NCBI GenBank assembly: GCA_038043285.1
Contig: JBBTCJ010000007.1
Location: forward strand, 21,488-85,487
Source: Planctomycetota bacterium
Lineage (GTDB): Bacteria > Planctomycetota > Phycisphaerae > UBA1845
Length of the DNA stretch: 64,000 nt
Reading direction: 5' to 3'
Below are positions 25,647 to 34,754 of the stretch, piece by piece. Position 1 is the stretch's first letter, and the number at the start of each line of letters is the position of its first letter. The notes beneath the pieces are model-generated. The model was not told where the DNA came from and did not search any database. It was given only the letters and a program-made list of their open reading frames with translations. The translations under genes were made by a program, and so were the position numbers.

Positions 25647-28635
25647 GGTTTTTCTCCGTACGCGGGGTCGTCGCGGCTGCGACGCTTCCTTCCGCTGGCG
25701 TTTCGCTTCTTGAACTTTCCGTCGAGTCATTCCGCCGATCCGATCCGGCCTGTCGGTCGGCGTCGAATCTCAGGGATCGTTCCGCGGGAAGGGTCAACGG
25801 CGAGGGGACCGCCTTCGCCCAACTGCGGATGTAAGCCACCAGGTCATCGATGTCCTGCGGACCCATGTCGGTCAACCCGTGAGCCCCTTGCCCGAAGGCC
25901 CGCATGGCTGTCCCCGCTCGACCGCGGACGATGGTCGCCTGCAAAAACCCGTCGGTTGCCGCCGAAAGAAATCCATCGTTGTTGAGTTCCGGCGCCCAGG
26001 CCCCCTTGCCCTCGGTTCCGTGACAACCGGCGCAGTTGGAGGCAAACAGCCGCCGCCCCCGCGCCAAGTCCCACGGGATCACGAAGCGATGCGCGATCCG
26101 CGCCGGCTCGACCTTTCCCTGCGGCGGATTGTGCTCCCAGGACCGCAGATGGGCCACCAGGTCGTTGACCTCGTCGCTGGACAGTTCAAGGATCGACTGT
26201 GGGCCGTGCTTGACCGGCCGCATTTCCGTTCCGCTGCGTCCCAGGGCCATCGTGGCCATCAGGAACCCGTCCGAAGCGAAGCGCAGAAATCCGGGGTTGC
26301 CGATGGCCGGCCCGCTCGCCCCCTCGCCCAGGGAACCGTGACATCCGACGCAGTTGTTGGCGTAGAGGGCCGCCCCCTTCTCGGGTCGGCCATGCGGCGA
26401 TTTTGCGACGCGAATCAACTCTCCCTCGCCGGCGCGCTGCAGCAATCGCAGATAGGCGACGAGATCCTCGACCTGCCGCTCGGAAAGCTCGGTAACGCCC
26501 TGCCCGCCCTTGCGGAAGCTGCGCATCGGCGTGCCTTCCTTACCGAAGCTGACCCACTCACGGAGCATGGCGTCGGTGACCAGTTCCAGAAACACCGGGT
26601 TGTTCAACTGCGGACCGGTCGCTCCTTCGCCGTCTGTTCCGTGGCAGGCGGCGCAGTTGCCCGCAAAGAGGCTCCGCCCGGCATCCCAATCGCCCTTGGG
26701 AACCGCCTGTGCGCGCCACTCGGTCGTCTTCGCCGGTTCGCGCTGCCAGGTGCGAACGTACTGGACAATCGAAGCGACGTCCTCGTTGCTCAGATGCCGC
26801 CAGCTCGGCATGCCGGTTCCGGGGCGACCGCGGAGCATCGTGGCCGCCAGGTACTCGTCCGGGACGGCCGTCAGAAACGCCTGCGTGTTCAGCGTCGGGC
26901 CTAGATCGCCCACCCCGCTATCGCCGTGACACGTCACGCAGTTGGCATTGAACAACGTTCGTCCGACCTCCGCCGATACCCCCGCGTTTCCATCCTCACC
27001 ACTTAAGGCGACGGCGCCCGCCTCGTCGCCGCGCGTCGTTTGCCATTGCCGGATGAAGGCGAGAAGATCGCTGAGTTCGCGGACGTCGAATTCCTTCCAG
27101 GCGGGCATGGCCGTGTTCGGCCGACCGTGAACCATCGTGTCGCGGAGAAACGCATCGGACGCCGCCGCGAGGAACGTGGCCGAGTTCAGCGAGTTGCCGA
27201 TTCCGCCCTCGCCGTCCGTTCCATGACACGCCGCGCAGTTGGCCCGATACAGCGCCGCTCCGACGCGGGCGTCGCCGGCATCGGAGGTCACGGATGCAAG
27301 TTCCGGGACCGGGCGATCCCACCCGCGGATGAAGTTCACCAGTAGCGTGATCTCATCGGAGCTGAGTCCGCCCTGTTCGCCCCAGGCGAGCATTTTTGTC
27401 CCCGGACGACCTTTGCTGATAATCGTCCTCAGGTAGTCATCGCTGGCGACGGCGAGCGTTCCGGGATGGTGCAACGACGGGACGACGACGTCCATCTCGC
27501 CGCGGCGCTCCACGACGACGCTCCGTGCGTCCCACTCATGCCCCCACGGGTCGGCATCTCCCGGCCAAAGTCCCGTCCGCATCGTGGTGCCGTATCCATC
27601 CGCTCCGTGGCACGATGAACAGAACATCGAATAGAGCGTCTCGCCCCGCACCACTCCCGGACCGGCCCCGCGATCTTCCGCGTTCGTCGATCCCGTTGAG
27701 GCTACATGCGGGCGAGGAAGGTGACTGGCGGGAGCGCTCTTGCGGTGCAGGCTCATCATATACAAGGCGAGGTCGCGGGCCTGGTCGTCGGAAAGACCCA
27801 TGTCCGGCATCACCGTCCCCGGCGAGACCTCGCGCGGAACCTTGAAATGCTCGAAGAGCCACTGTTCGACGGTATGCTCGCCCTTGACGTGCTTGAAGTC
27901 GAAATCGTGCCGCGTCTTGTCGCCGACGTAGGTCAGGTCGGTCCCCAGCGCGCCGCCGCGACCGCGATACTGGTGACACCCAAGGCACCCCGACTCAACG
28001 ACCAGCCGCTTTCCGCGAGCGAGGCGCTTGCTTCCCGCCAGCGAGCGCGTGAGCGACGCCTGGTCCAGCGACGGCCTGGCCTTCTCTCCCGCGCCCGCGA
28101 ACACGTCCGCCTCGCCGCCGAACAGGTCGTTCTCGTGGTGGCAACGCCCGCAACTGGTGTACACGGCCTGATCGCGAAGCATGGGGGTGTCCACGTGCGG
28201 CATGGTCGATCCGTCCGCCTGCCACCCGTGCGCCGCCTCCCTGCCCACCGCCCGACCCTGACCCTGGTGACAGACCGTGCAGCCGAACTTGTCCACCGGG
28301 TGCTGCCCCAGCAGTTCGCCGGAATGCGCCCGCAGCGGTTGCCCTTCATTCGCCATCGTGGGGTTCTCCACCCCCAGGTGGCACGTCGTGCAGCGGTCGA
28401 TAATCCCTAGTTCGGGGAGATAGATTTGCTGAGGCGCCGCGGCGGCGGCCTTCGCCGACGTACGCGAAGCGGCGTCCGAGGCGTTCCGCTCCAGGGCTTG
28501 GCGATAAGTTTGCTGCGCCGCGCGCCAGTCGCCTCGGAAGTTCTCCTGAAACGCCGCCGCCGCGAGCACCGCCAGCGACGCCAGCGAGCTCACCAGCAGC
28601 ACCGCCTTCATGAGTCGGACTTGTCGTTCACCCAT
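25639..28635 (-). CDS. Membrane-anchored deca-heme c-type cytochrome
   Basis: 998 aa with a GAAGGAA RBS and an N-terminal TM helix. It has ten CxxCH motifs: CTTCH, CTVCH, CGRCH, CLGCH, then six class-I-like units CxxCHG..G.G. Each of those six is followed by a G(T/N)xM(P/L/R) candidate Met-ligand segment. Its 3' end overlaps the napA-like start by 8 nt. Confidence 0.85.
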   Translation of the reverse strand: MGERQVRLMKAVLLVSSLASLAVLAAAAFQENFRGDWRAAQQTYRQALERNASDAASRTSAKAAAAAPQQIYLPELGIIDRCTTCHLGVENPTMANEGQPLRAHSGELLGQHPVDKFGCTVCHQGQGRAVGREAAHGWQADGSTMPHVDTPMLRDQAVYTSCGRCHHENDLFGGEADVFAGAGEKARPSLDQASLTRSLAGSKRLARGKRLVVESGCLGCHQYRGRGGALGTDLTYVGDKTRHDFDFKHVKGEHTVEQWLFEHFKVPREVSPGTVMPDMGLSDDQARDLALYMMSLHRKSAPASHLPRPHVASTGSTNAEDRGAGPGVVRGETLYSMFCSSCHGADGYGTTMRTGLWPGDADPWGHEWDARSVVVERRGEMDVVVPSLHHPGTLAVASDDYLRTIISKGRPGTKMLAWGEQGGLSSDEITLLVNFIRGWDRPVPELASVTSDAGDARVGAALYRANCAACHGTDGEGGIGNSLNSATFLAAASDAFLRDTMVHGRPNTAMPAWKEFDVRELSDLLAFIRQWQTTRGDEAGAVALSGEDGNAGVSAEVGRTLFNANCVTCHGDSGVGDLGPTLNTQAFLTAVPDEYLAATMLRGRPGTGMPSWRHLSNEDVASIVQYVRTWQREPAKTTEWRAQAVPKGDWDAGRSLFAGNCAACHGTDGEGATGPQLNNPVFLELVTDAMLREWVSFGKEGTPMRSFRKGGQGVTELSERQVEDLVAYLRLLQRAGEGELIRVAKSPHGRPEKGAALYANNCVGCHGSLGEGASGPAIGNPGFLRFASDGFLMATMALGRSGTEMRPVKHGPQSILELSSDEVNDLVAHLRSWEHNPPQGKVEPARIAHRFVIPWDLARGRRLFASNCAGCHGTEGKGAWAPELNNDGFLSAATDGFLQATIVRGRAGTAMRAFGQGAHGLTDMGPQDIDDLVAYIRSWAKAVPSPLTLPAERSLRFDADRQAGSDRRNDSTESSRSETPAEGSVAAATTPRTEKNHE

Positions 28636-28716
28636 GTCGGAGTTTCCTTCACGCCACGTCGTCTCGCCACGACGTCGAACGCAAACGCGGCGACTTTTCC
28701 ACCAGCCGCGTCGGCA

Positions 28717-30324
28717 TTAGTGCACCGGCCACGACGCCTGCGACCAGTAAAAGTTCCAGTTCGGTCCGCGATGCACCGTCGCGAAATAGGTCAAAATCAC
28801 AAATCCCACCAAAAAGCAGGTGAACAACGCGATCGCTCCCATCCGCGTCGAGTTCGTCCACTTCACCACCACGATCGACCAGATCGCAAACAACGCCACG
28901 AAGACCGTCCCGGGGTTGAAGAGCGTAATGACGATCTGGGGAACTTCGGCCGTCGCCGCCCAGTTCCGCAGCCAGCCGTAGTTGACCGTGAACGCCAACA
29001 TGCCGATCACCGCCGCCGTGCTGAGCACCAGGCTACCCAACGCCACGCGACGACCCTTTCGCCCGCTGAACCACAACCCGATGTCCTCGCGCTCGCGGTC
29101 CAGGTAAGGAACCAATGCCAAACCGAGCACCACGATCGCCGGGATCCCCACGCCCCCCATAAACGCCGAATACGAAACAAGTTCCTGAAGACCCAGGAAG
29201 TACCACGGCGCCTTGGCCGGGTTCTCCGGAACCGCCGGATTGGCCATCTCCGTTAACGGCGCGTCGTAGAGAACCCCCAAAACCGTCATGAGCAGAACGG
29301 TGATCATCGAGGCGGCCGCCACGACGTACATCACGTTCGGCCAAGTCGGCATCGTGTTCCGCATCTCGCGGTTGACCGCCGGCGTCGTTCCTCGCATGAC
29401 GCCCATCAAACCGTATGTCTTCAGCGGCGAAGGCTTCCCGTCGCCGCTTGTGGAGACGACCGGTTCGCCGATCGAAGCGGCGTCGGCATGGCTCGGCCGG
29501 GCCAATCCCCCGTCCTTGCGAATCCGCCAGAAGTGCAGACCGATGAGGATGGTCATCACCAGCGGCAATACCATCACATGCAGCACGTAGAACCGAATCA
29601 ACGCTTCCTGCCCCACATAGTGCGCGCCGAGCAGCAACTCCTTCTGCATTCGCCCGGGGTCGAAATACGAGGTGATCCCCAGCGCGTCGGTCAACTCCTG
29701 CGGCGATTGGGCGATGTTCGCCCCGATGGTCACCGCCCAGTACGCCAACTGGTCCCACGGCAGCAGATAACCCGTGAAGCTCAGGCCCAGCGTGAGGACG
29801 AACAGGGACATCCCCACCACCCAGTTGAACTGTCTCGGCCGTTTGTACGCCGACGTATAGAACGCCCGGGCCATGTGCAGCATCACGCACGCCACCATCG
29901 CGTGCGCGGCCCATCGGTGCACGTTGCGGATCAATCGACCCGTCGGCACCACGTGCATGATGTCCAGCATGGACGCATACGCTTGATCCACCGACGGCTT
30001 GTAATAGACCATCAACAGAATGCCCGTGACGCAGAGAAGGACAAACAGTACAAACGTGGCCACCCCCAGTCCCAGCGTCGTCGTCGCCTTGATGGCGTGC
30101 AGGTGCGTTCGCGTGGGCAGAATGTGCAGAAAGAAGTTGGTGAACACCGCCTGCGACTTGGCCCGGTCGGAGGTCGGTTTGCCATGGCGGATCAGCGATT
30201 CGCGAAACTCGCTCGGCGTGGTCCGCAGATTTCTAGAAAAGTCCCCGATGGCCCCGGGATCGCCGACGCTGCGCTGCGTGGGTTTGTCCGGACCCGCGGG
30301 TTTTTGGACGCCTGTCTGACTCAT
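28717..30324 (-). CDS. Cytochrome b (fused b6 plus subunit-IV-like, extended)
   Basis: Contains FFLHILPTRTH, RNVHRWAAHAMV..MLHMARAFY, and FTGYLLPWDQLAYWA (the PEWY-region equivalent). 535 aa with many TM helices and a GGGAGAG RBS. Confidence 0.88.
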   Translation of the reverse strand: MSQTGVQKPAGPDKPTQRSVGDPGAIGDFSRNLRTTPSEFRESLIRHGKPTSDRAKSQAVFTNFFLHILPTRTHLHAIKATTTLGLGVATFVLFVLLCVTGILLMVYYKPSVDQAYASMLDIMHVVPTGRLIRNVHRWAAHAMVACVMLHMARAFYTSAYKRPRQFNWVVGMSLFVLTLGLSFTGYLLPWDQLAYWAVTIGANIAQSPQELTDALGITSYFDPGRMQKELLLGAHYVGQEALIRFYVLHVMVLPLVMTILIGLHFWRIRKDGGLARPSHADAASIGEPVVSTSGDGKPSPLKTYGLMGVMRGTTPAVNREMRNTMPTWPNVMYVVAAASMITVLLMTVLGVLYDAPLTEMANPAVPENPAKAPWYFLGLQELVSYSAFMGGVGIPAIVVLGLALVPYLDREREDIGLWFSGRKGRRVALGSLVLSTAAVIGMLAFTVNYGWLRNWAATAEVPQIVITLFNPGTVFVALFAIWSIVVVKWTNSTRMGAIALFTCFLVGFVILTYFATVHRGPNWNFYWSQASWPVH

Positions 30325-30410
30325 TCGTCACTCTCCCACCGACCACCGGCGCGTGCGGCACCGCTTGGGTGCCCCATCCTTCGCGCAGCGAAGGGTGGGG
30401 CACTCCATGA

Positions 30411-30908
30411 TCACACGTTGAAGACCGTGTTCGCCTTGACCTCCTTCAGCGTATCCGCCACCAGCCAGCCCTCCGGCGAGACACTCAGCTCGACCCACAC
30501 CAACCCCTTGGGGGCTGGGCCGCCCTTGACCTTTCCCTCCGCGTCAAACACCGACCCATGACACGGGCAGTGAAACGCCCCGTCGGCCCCGCGTTCCGTG
30601 ATGCACCCCAAATGGGTGCACACCGACGAAATCGCATGGAAACCCTTCTCTTCTCGGAACAACCAAAGCCGATGCCTGGCGAAATAGGTCATCGATCCCG
30701 CGATGAATTGCGCGGGCCGACCGAGCTTCACGCGAGAGTTGGACTCCGGAAACACCGAGGGCATCGGCAGCCGCATCGCCCCCAGCATGGCCATCACGAA
30801 AGCCACCACCGCCGACCACGCCGCCGCAATGCCCAGAAAATCGCGCCGCGTCGCCGGTGCACGAAACCGCTCGCTTTCCTCGATCTGCGTATGCAACGGT
30901 CTGGTCAT
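30411..30908 (-). CDS. Rieske 2Fe-2S subunit with a twin-Arg signal anchor
   Basis: Contains TRRDFLGIAAAWSAVVAF and CTHLGC..(15 aa)..CPCHGS, the classic Rieske boxes. Confidence 0.9.
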   Translation of the reverse strand: MTRPLHTQIEESERFRAPATRRDFLGIAAAWSAVVAFVMAMLGAMRLPMPSVFPESNSRVKLGRPAQFIAGSMTYFARHRLWLFREEKGFHAISSVCTHLGCITERGADGAFHCPCHGSVFDAEGKVKGGPAPKGLVWVELSVSPEGWLVADTLKEVKANTVFNV

Positions 30909-30972
30909 CGTTCATTCCCTATGTCAGTCTGCCATCGCCGGCGTATGTTTCCGTCTCCATTCCGCATTCGCC

Positions 30973-32883
30973 TCATACTCCCGCCCATTGATCCGTGAAG
31001 CAACAGCGCTCCATGGTGATCGCCCCGACCGGGCAGCGTTCGGCGCACAATGCGCAGCGAATGCACTTCTCCTCGTCCTTGACGATCGCCCCCTGCTCGG
31101 AAAGGTCCGCCTCGCCGTAGCGCCCGACCAGCAACGCCGCAAGTTCCCCGTTGCCTGCCAGGCGGTCGCACGACACCAGCCGAAGACACAGCTCCGGACA
31201 CACGTCCGCGCATCCCCCGCAAAGGATGCACTTCTCCGAGTCAAAGACGGTGTTGACCCCGCAATCCAGGCAGCGACACGCTTCGCGCACCGCGAGGGGT
31301 TCGTCGTACCCGCGCTCGACCACGCTCGTCTGGCTCGCTAGCCGGTCTCCCGCGTTCAACGTTGGAATCGTCGCCCGCGTAAGCTTTTCGTAGTCACGTT
31401 CGCGGCGGAAATCCGGAAGGTTCAGGTGCACCATCTCCGTTCGCGTCGCCTTTCGCTCGCCCGATAGATACGCGTGAATGCTTCGAGCGCACTTCTTCCC
31501 GCTGGCTACCGCGTCGATCAGCAAACGCGCACCGTGGGCCAAGTCGCCCGCGAGAAACACGTCCTTGGCCGACGTCTGCAACGTCTCCGGGTCGCACGTC
31601 AGCAACCCCCGTTGATCGAGCGGCAAGTCGTCGCACCCCGCGGTCAACGACAGATCAGGCTGCTGACCGATCGCCCAGACCACCGTGTCCGCCTCCAGGG
31701 TGACCCGCTGCTTCTCGTCGAATCGCGGCGCGAAGCGGCCGGCCTCGTCGAACACCCCCAGACATCGCTTGAAGGTCACGCCCTTTACGCCGCCGTCGCT
31801 GCCGCGCAGGATCTCCACCGGACCCAGTGACGGATGCAGGCGCACGCCCTCCTCGTGCCCTTCGATGATCTCCACGTCGTCCGCCGGCATCTCGTCCAGG
31901 CTTTCCAAACAGCAGAGGTTCACCTCGCGCACGTTCGATTGCCGCAGCGCGCTGCGCGACACGTCGTATCCCACCTGGCGGATCACCGTGCGCGACACGT
32001 CGTACGCGACGTTGCCCCCTCCCACGACCACCACCCGCTGCCCCAGTTGCAAGAGCGTCGAGCCGGGTCCGCAATGTCTCAGCGATACGTCGCGCAAAAA
32101 CTCCACGCCTCCCAGCACCCCTCGACCCTCGCCGCCTGGAACCGGAACGGTCCGCGATCGCTTCGCTCCGACGGCGATAATCGTGGCTGCGTGGGTCTTG
32201 CGAAGGTCAACCAGGGTCACGTCTTTTCCCACTTGGGTATCACAAATGAACTCCACCCCCAGCGCCCGGATGACCTCGACCTCCGCCCGGATCAACTCGC
32301 GGGGAAGGCGGTACTCGGGGATGCCTACGGCCAACATTCCGGCCGGAACAGGCTCCATTTCGTAGACCACCGGGCGATGCCCCAGCAGGGCCAAATCATG
32401 CGCCGCGGCCAAACCCGCCGGCCCAGATCCGATGATCGCGACCTTCTTCCCGCTGGAACGGATCGGTTTGATCCCATCCAGTACACTCTTCAGCGACTGG
32501 AGTTCCTCTCGACTGCCGCACTCGCGCGGGGAAAAACCCAACACCTTTCGCAGCAGCTCGATGGGCTTCAGTGTTTCCCTGGTGAAGGACTCTGGCCCGA
32601 AGCGATCGGTGACGAAGCGCTTGAGCGCTCGAATGGACACCGGCTGGTCGATCGCCCCGCGCCGGCAAGCCGCCTCGCAGGGTGCCCCGCAGACCCGCCC
32701 GCAGATGCTTGCCAGAGGGTTGGGACCGCGAGCGATCAGGTAGGCCCGCTCAAAGTCTCCCTCCGCAATCGCCCGGACGTACCCTCGCGCGTCGGTGTTG
32801 ACCGGACAGGCGTATTGGCAGCGGATTTGCCGCCGCCAGTAGGCCTCGTCGGGCACTTCCGCGCTGATGGGATCCAAGCTCAT
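30973..32883 (-). CDS. GltD/SudA-like NAD(P)H-dependent FeS flavoprotein with a C-terminal 2x[4Fe-4S] ferredoxin domain
   Basis: N-terminal Cys clusters CQYACPV and CGRVCGAPCEAAC. Dinucleotide folds KVAIIGSGPAGLAAAHDL and VVVVGGGNVAYD. C-terminal motifs CILCGGCADVCP and CIRCALCAERCP. Confidence 0.8.
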   Translation of the reverse strand: MSLDPISAEVPDEAYWRRQIRCQYACPVNTDARGYVRAIAEGDFERAYLIARGPNPLASICGRVCGAPCEAACRRGAIDQPVSIRALKRFVTDRFGPESFTRETLKPIELLRKVLGFSPRECGSREELQSLKSVLDGIKPIRSSGKKVAIIGSGPAGLAAAHDLALLGHRPVVYEMEPVPAGMLAVGIPEYRLPRELIRAEVEVIRALGVEFICDTQVGKDVTLVDLRKTHAATIIAVGAKRSRTVPVPGGEGRGVLGGVEFLRDVSLRHCGPGSTLLQLGQRVVVVGGGNVAYDVSRTVIRQVGYDVSRSALRQSNVREVNLCCLESLDEMPADDVEIIEGHEEGVRLHPSLGPVEILRGSDGGVKGVTFKRCLGVFDEAGRFAPRFDEKQRVTLEADTVVWAIGQQPDLSLTAGCDDLPLDQRGLLTCDPETLQTSAKDVFLAGDLAHGARLLIDAVASGKKCARSIHAYLSGERKATRTEMVHLNLPDFRRERDYEKLTRATIPTLNAGDRLASQTSVVERGYDEPLAVREACRCLDCGVNTVFDSEKCILCGGCADVCPELCLRLVSCDRLAGNGELAALLVGRYGEADLSEQGAIVKDEEKCIRCALCAERCPVGAITMERCCFTDQWAGV

Positions 32884-32944
32884 AACAACGGCTACTCATC
32901 CCTGGCCGTGTGGTCGTACGGCGGAGAAAAAGCCCGCCCCGGGC

Positions 32945-33397
32945 CTACGTCCCCTTCCTCGCCGGCGACTTACCCCGCCTTCGGGGTCGCGTCCCCGCAA
33001 CCGGGGACGGCTCAGCCACGTCGCCGATAGTCATTTCCTTCAGAAAACGCTGTTCGGTCTCAACGACCTTCTTCCAGTGTTCATGGGCCCGACACGGGTT
33101 GGCGTCACTGCAAACGGCGTTCCCAAACGGGCAGCGACGCAGGTCAAATCTTTCAAATGGAGCCAAAACGTCGCAGAGGGCCGTTTTTTCGGGCGGTCGG
33201 CGGAGGCGAAACCCCCCCGTCTTGCCGGGCGACGCATCCAAAACGCCCGCCCGGACCAGATCACCGAGGATTTTCTGGAGGTACTTCGCGGGAATCTTCG
33301 CGCTTCGAGCGATCTCCCGCCCCGGAATCGGCCAACGGTTCTCGTGCTGGGCGAGGAAGATCAAAGCGCGAAGGGCGTATTCGCTGGACAACGTCAT
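32945..33397 (-). CDS. Rrf2-family transcriptional regulator with a putative Fe-S cluster (IscR/NsrR-like)
   Basis: Contains MTLSSEYALRALIFLA and the wHTH segment IPAKYLQKILGDLVRAGVL. The Cys triad is CPFGNAVCSDANPC (Cx6Cx5C). AGGAG RBS. It lies 61 nt upstream of the GltD-like gene on the same strand. Confidence 0.85.
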   Translation of the reverse strand: MTLSSEYALRALIFLAQHENRWPIPGREIARSAKIPAKYLQKILGDLVRAGVLDASPGKTGGFRLRRPPEKTALCDVLAPFERFDLRRCPFGNAVCSDANPCRAHEHWKKVVETEQRFLKEMTIGDVAEPSPVAGTRPRRRGKSPARKGT

Positions 33398-33421
33398 GCG
33401 CAGCTCCTAGGCTCCGTATTC

Positions 33422-33439
33422 GTCTATAAATATATAGAC
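33422..33439. promoter_or_regulatory. AT-rich palindrome GTCTATAAATATATAGAC, a candidate operator and -10 region of the rrf2 operon
   Basis: Perfect 7-bp arms GTCTATA/TATAGAC are separated by 4 nt. It sits 25-42 nt upstream of the rrf2 ATG and is among the most AT-rich stretches I noticed in the window. Confidence 0.45.
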
Positions 33440-33587
33440 AATATCGGCCTGTCAAGCCCCCAGCCGGCACCGCGCCGCGCCCCCACGAAGCGATCGCTAA
33501 CGTCTTGTGAAGAATAAGGTTCTGACAGGTGCAGGCCTCGCACCCGGGGGCATGTCCGCACTGCCCGGCCCACAATCGGCGGCGGCG

Positions 33588-34634
33588 TCACCCGCCTCGG
33601 GCGACAGCCGCCAGCCCGCGAATCGCCCGGTCGATCATGGCGGTGGAGACATCCAGATGCGTGACCGCACGAATCCGTTGCGGACCCGTGGCCATCATCC
33701 ACACGCCCTGCGAACGAAGCCGATCGCAGAACTCCTTCCCGGTCCCCAGCGAGGCTTCCACGTCAAAATACAGAATGTTCGTCTCGACGGCCGCAAGGTC
33801 GATCGACAACTTCGCGATTCCCGCGATTCCCTCCGCCAATCGCCTCGCGTTCGCGTGGTCCTCGCCCAAACGCTCGACGTGATGCTCCAGCGCGTACAAC
33901 GCCCCGGCGGCGATGATCCCCACCTGACGCATCGCACCGCCGAACATCTTGCGGAAGCGATGCACCCGCCGGATCGTCTCCTTCGTGCTCGCTACCGCCG
34001 ACCCCACCGGCGCGCCGAGTCCCTTGGAGAAGCAGATCGAAACCGTGTCGAAGTACCGCGCGTAGTCCGTCGGCTTGTGCCCCTTGGCGACGCAGGCGTT
34101 CAGCAACCTCGCGCCGTCCAGGTGCATCCGCAGTCCGAACTCGTCCGCCGCGCGGCGAATACCCACGATCTTCTCGATGGGCCAGCAGGTTCCTCCGCCG
34201 CGGTTGTGCGTGTTCTCCACCACCACCAGCGACGACCGCGGAAAGTGCGAGTCCGGAGGTCGAACCGCCCCGCGGACCGCCGCTTCGTCAAACAACCCGC
34301 GCTCGCCCGGCAGCAGTCGAAGCGAACATCCCGAAATCGCCGCCGGCGCCCCGCCTTCATAGTGATAGATGTGACTATCCGCGTGGGCGATGATCTCGTC
34401 GCCCGGCTGGGTCTGCGAACGGATGGCCGTCTGATTGGCCATCGACCCTGAGGGAACGTAGATCGCCGCTTCCTTGCCCAGCAGCTCGGCCACGCGCTCC
34501 TGAAGTCGGATCACCGTCGGATCGTCGCCGAAGACGTCGTCGCCGACCTCGGCCTCGGCCATCGCCTTGCGCATTCCCGGCGTCGGCCTGGTCACCGTGT
34601 CGCTGCGAAGATCAACCGTTTGGTCCACGGACAT
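33588..34634 (-). CDS. ltaE: Low-specificity L-threonine aldolase (beta-eliminating lyase family)
   Basis: The ATG at 34634 gives [41 protein letters not shown]. It also has the PLP-lysine region [11 protein letters not shown]. Confidence 0.85.
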   Translation of the reverse strand: MSVDQTVDLRSDTVTRPTPGMRKAMAEAEVGDDVFGDDPTVIRLQERVAELLGKEAAIYVPSGSMANQTAIRSQTQPGDEIIAHADSHIYHYEGGAPAAISGCSLRLLPGERGLFDEAAVRGAVRPPDSHFPRSSLVVVENTHNRGGGTCWPIEKIVGIRRAADEFGLRMHLDGARLLNACVAKGHKPTDYARYFDTVSICFSKGLGAPVGSAVASTKETIRRVHRFRKMFGGAMRQVGIIAAGALYALEHHVERLGEDHANARRLAEGIAGIAKLSIDLAAVETNILYFDVEASLGTGKEFCDRLRSQGVWMMATGPQRIRAVTHLDVSTAMIDRAIRGLAAVARGG

Positions 34635-34754
34635 CCCCCATTCCCCCTTGCCTTGCCGATCGCTCGGCGAACCGCAAAACCGCACGCAGGTTAGTCACTA
34701 TAGCACCCCCGTGCCGATCGACAACGAACGCCAGACTTCTCAAACTGAGCAGTT

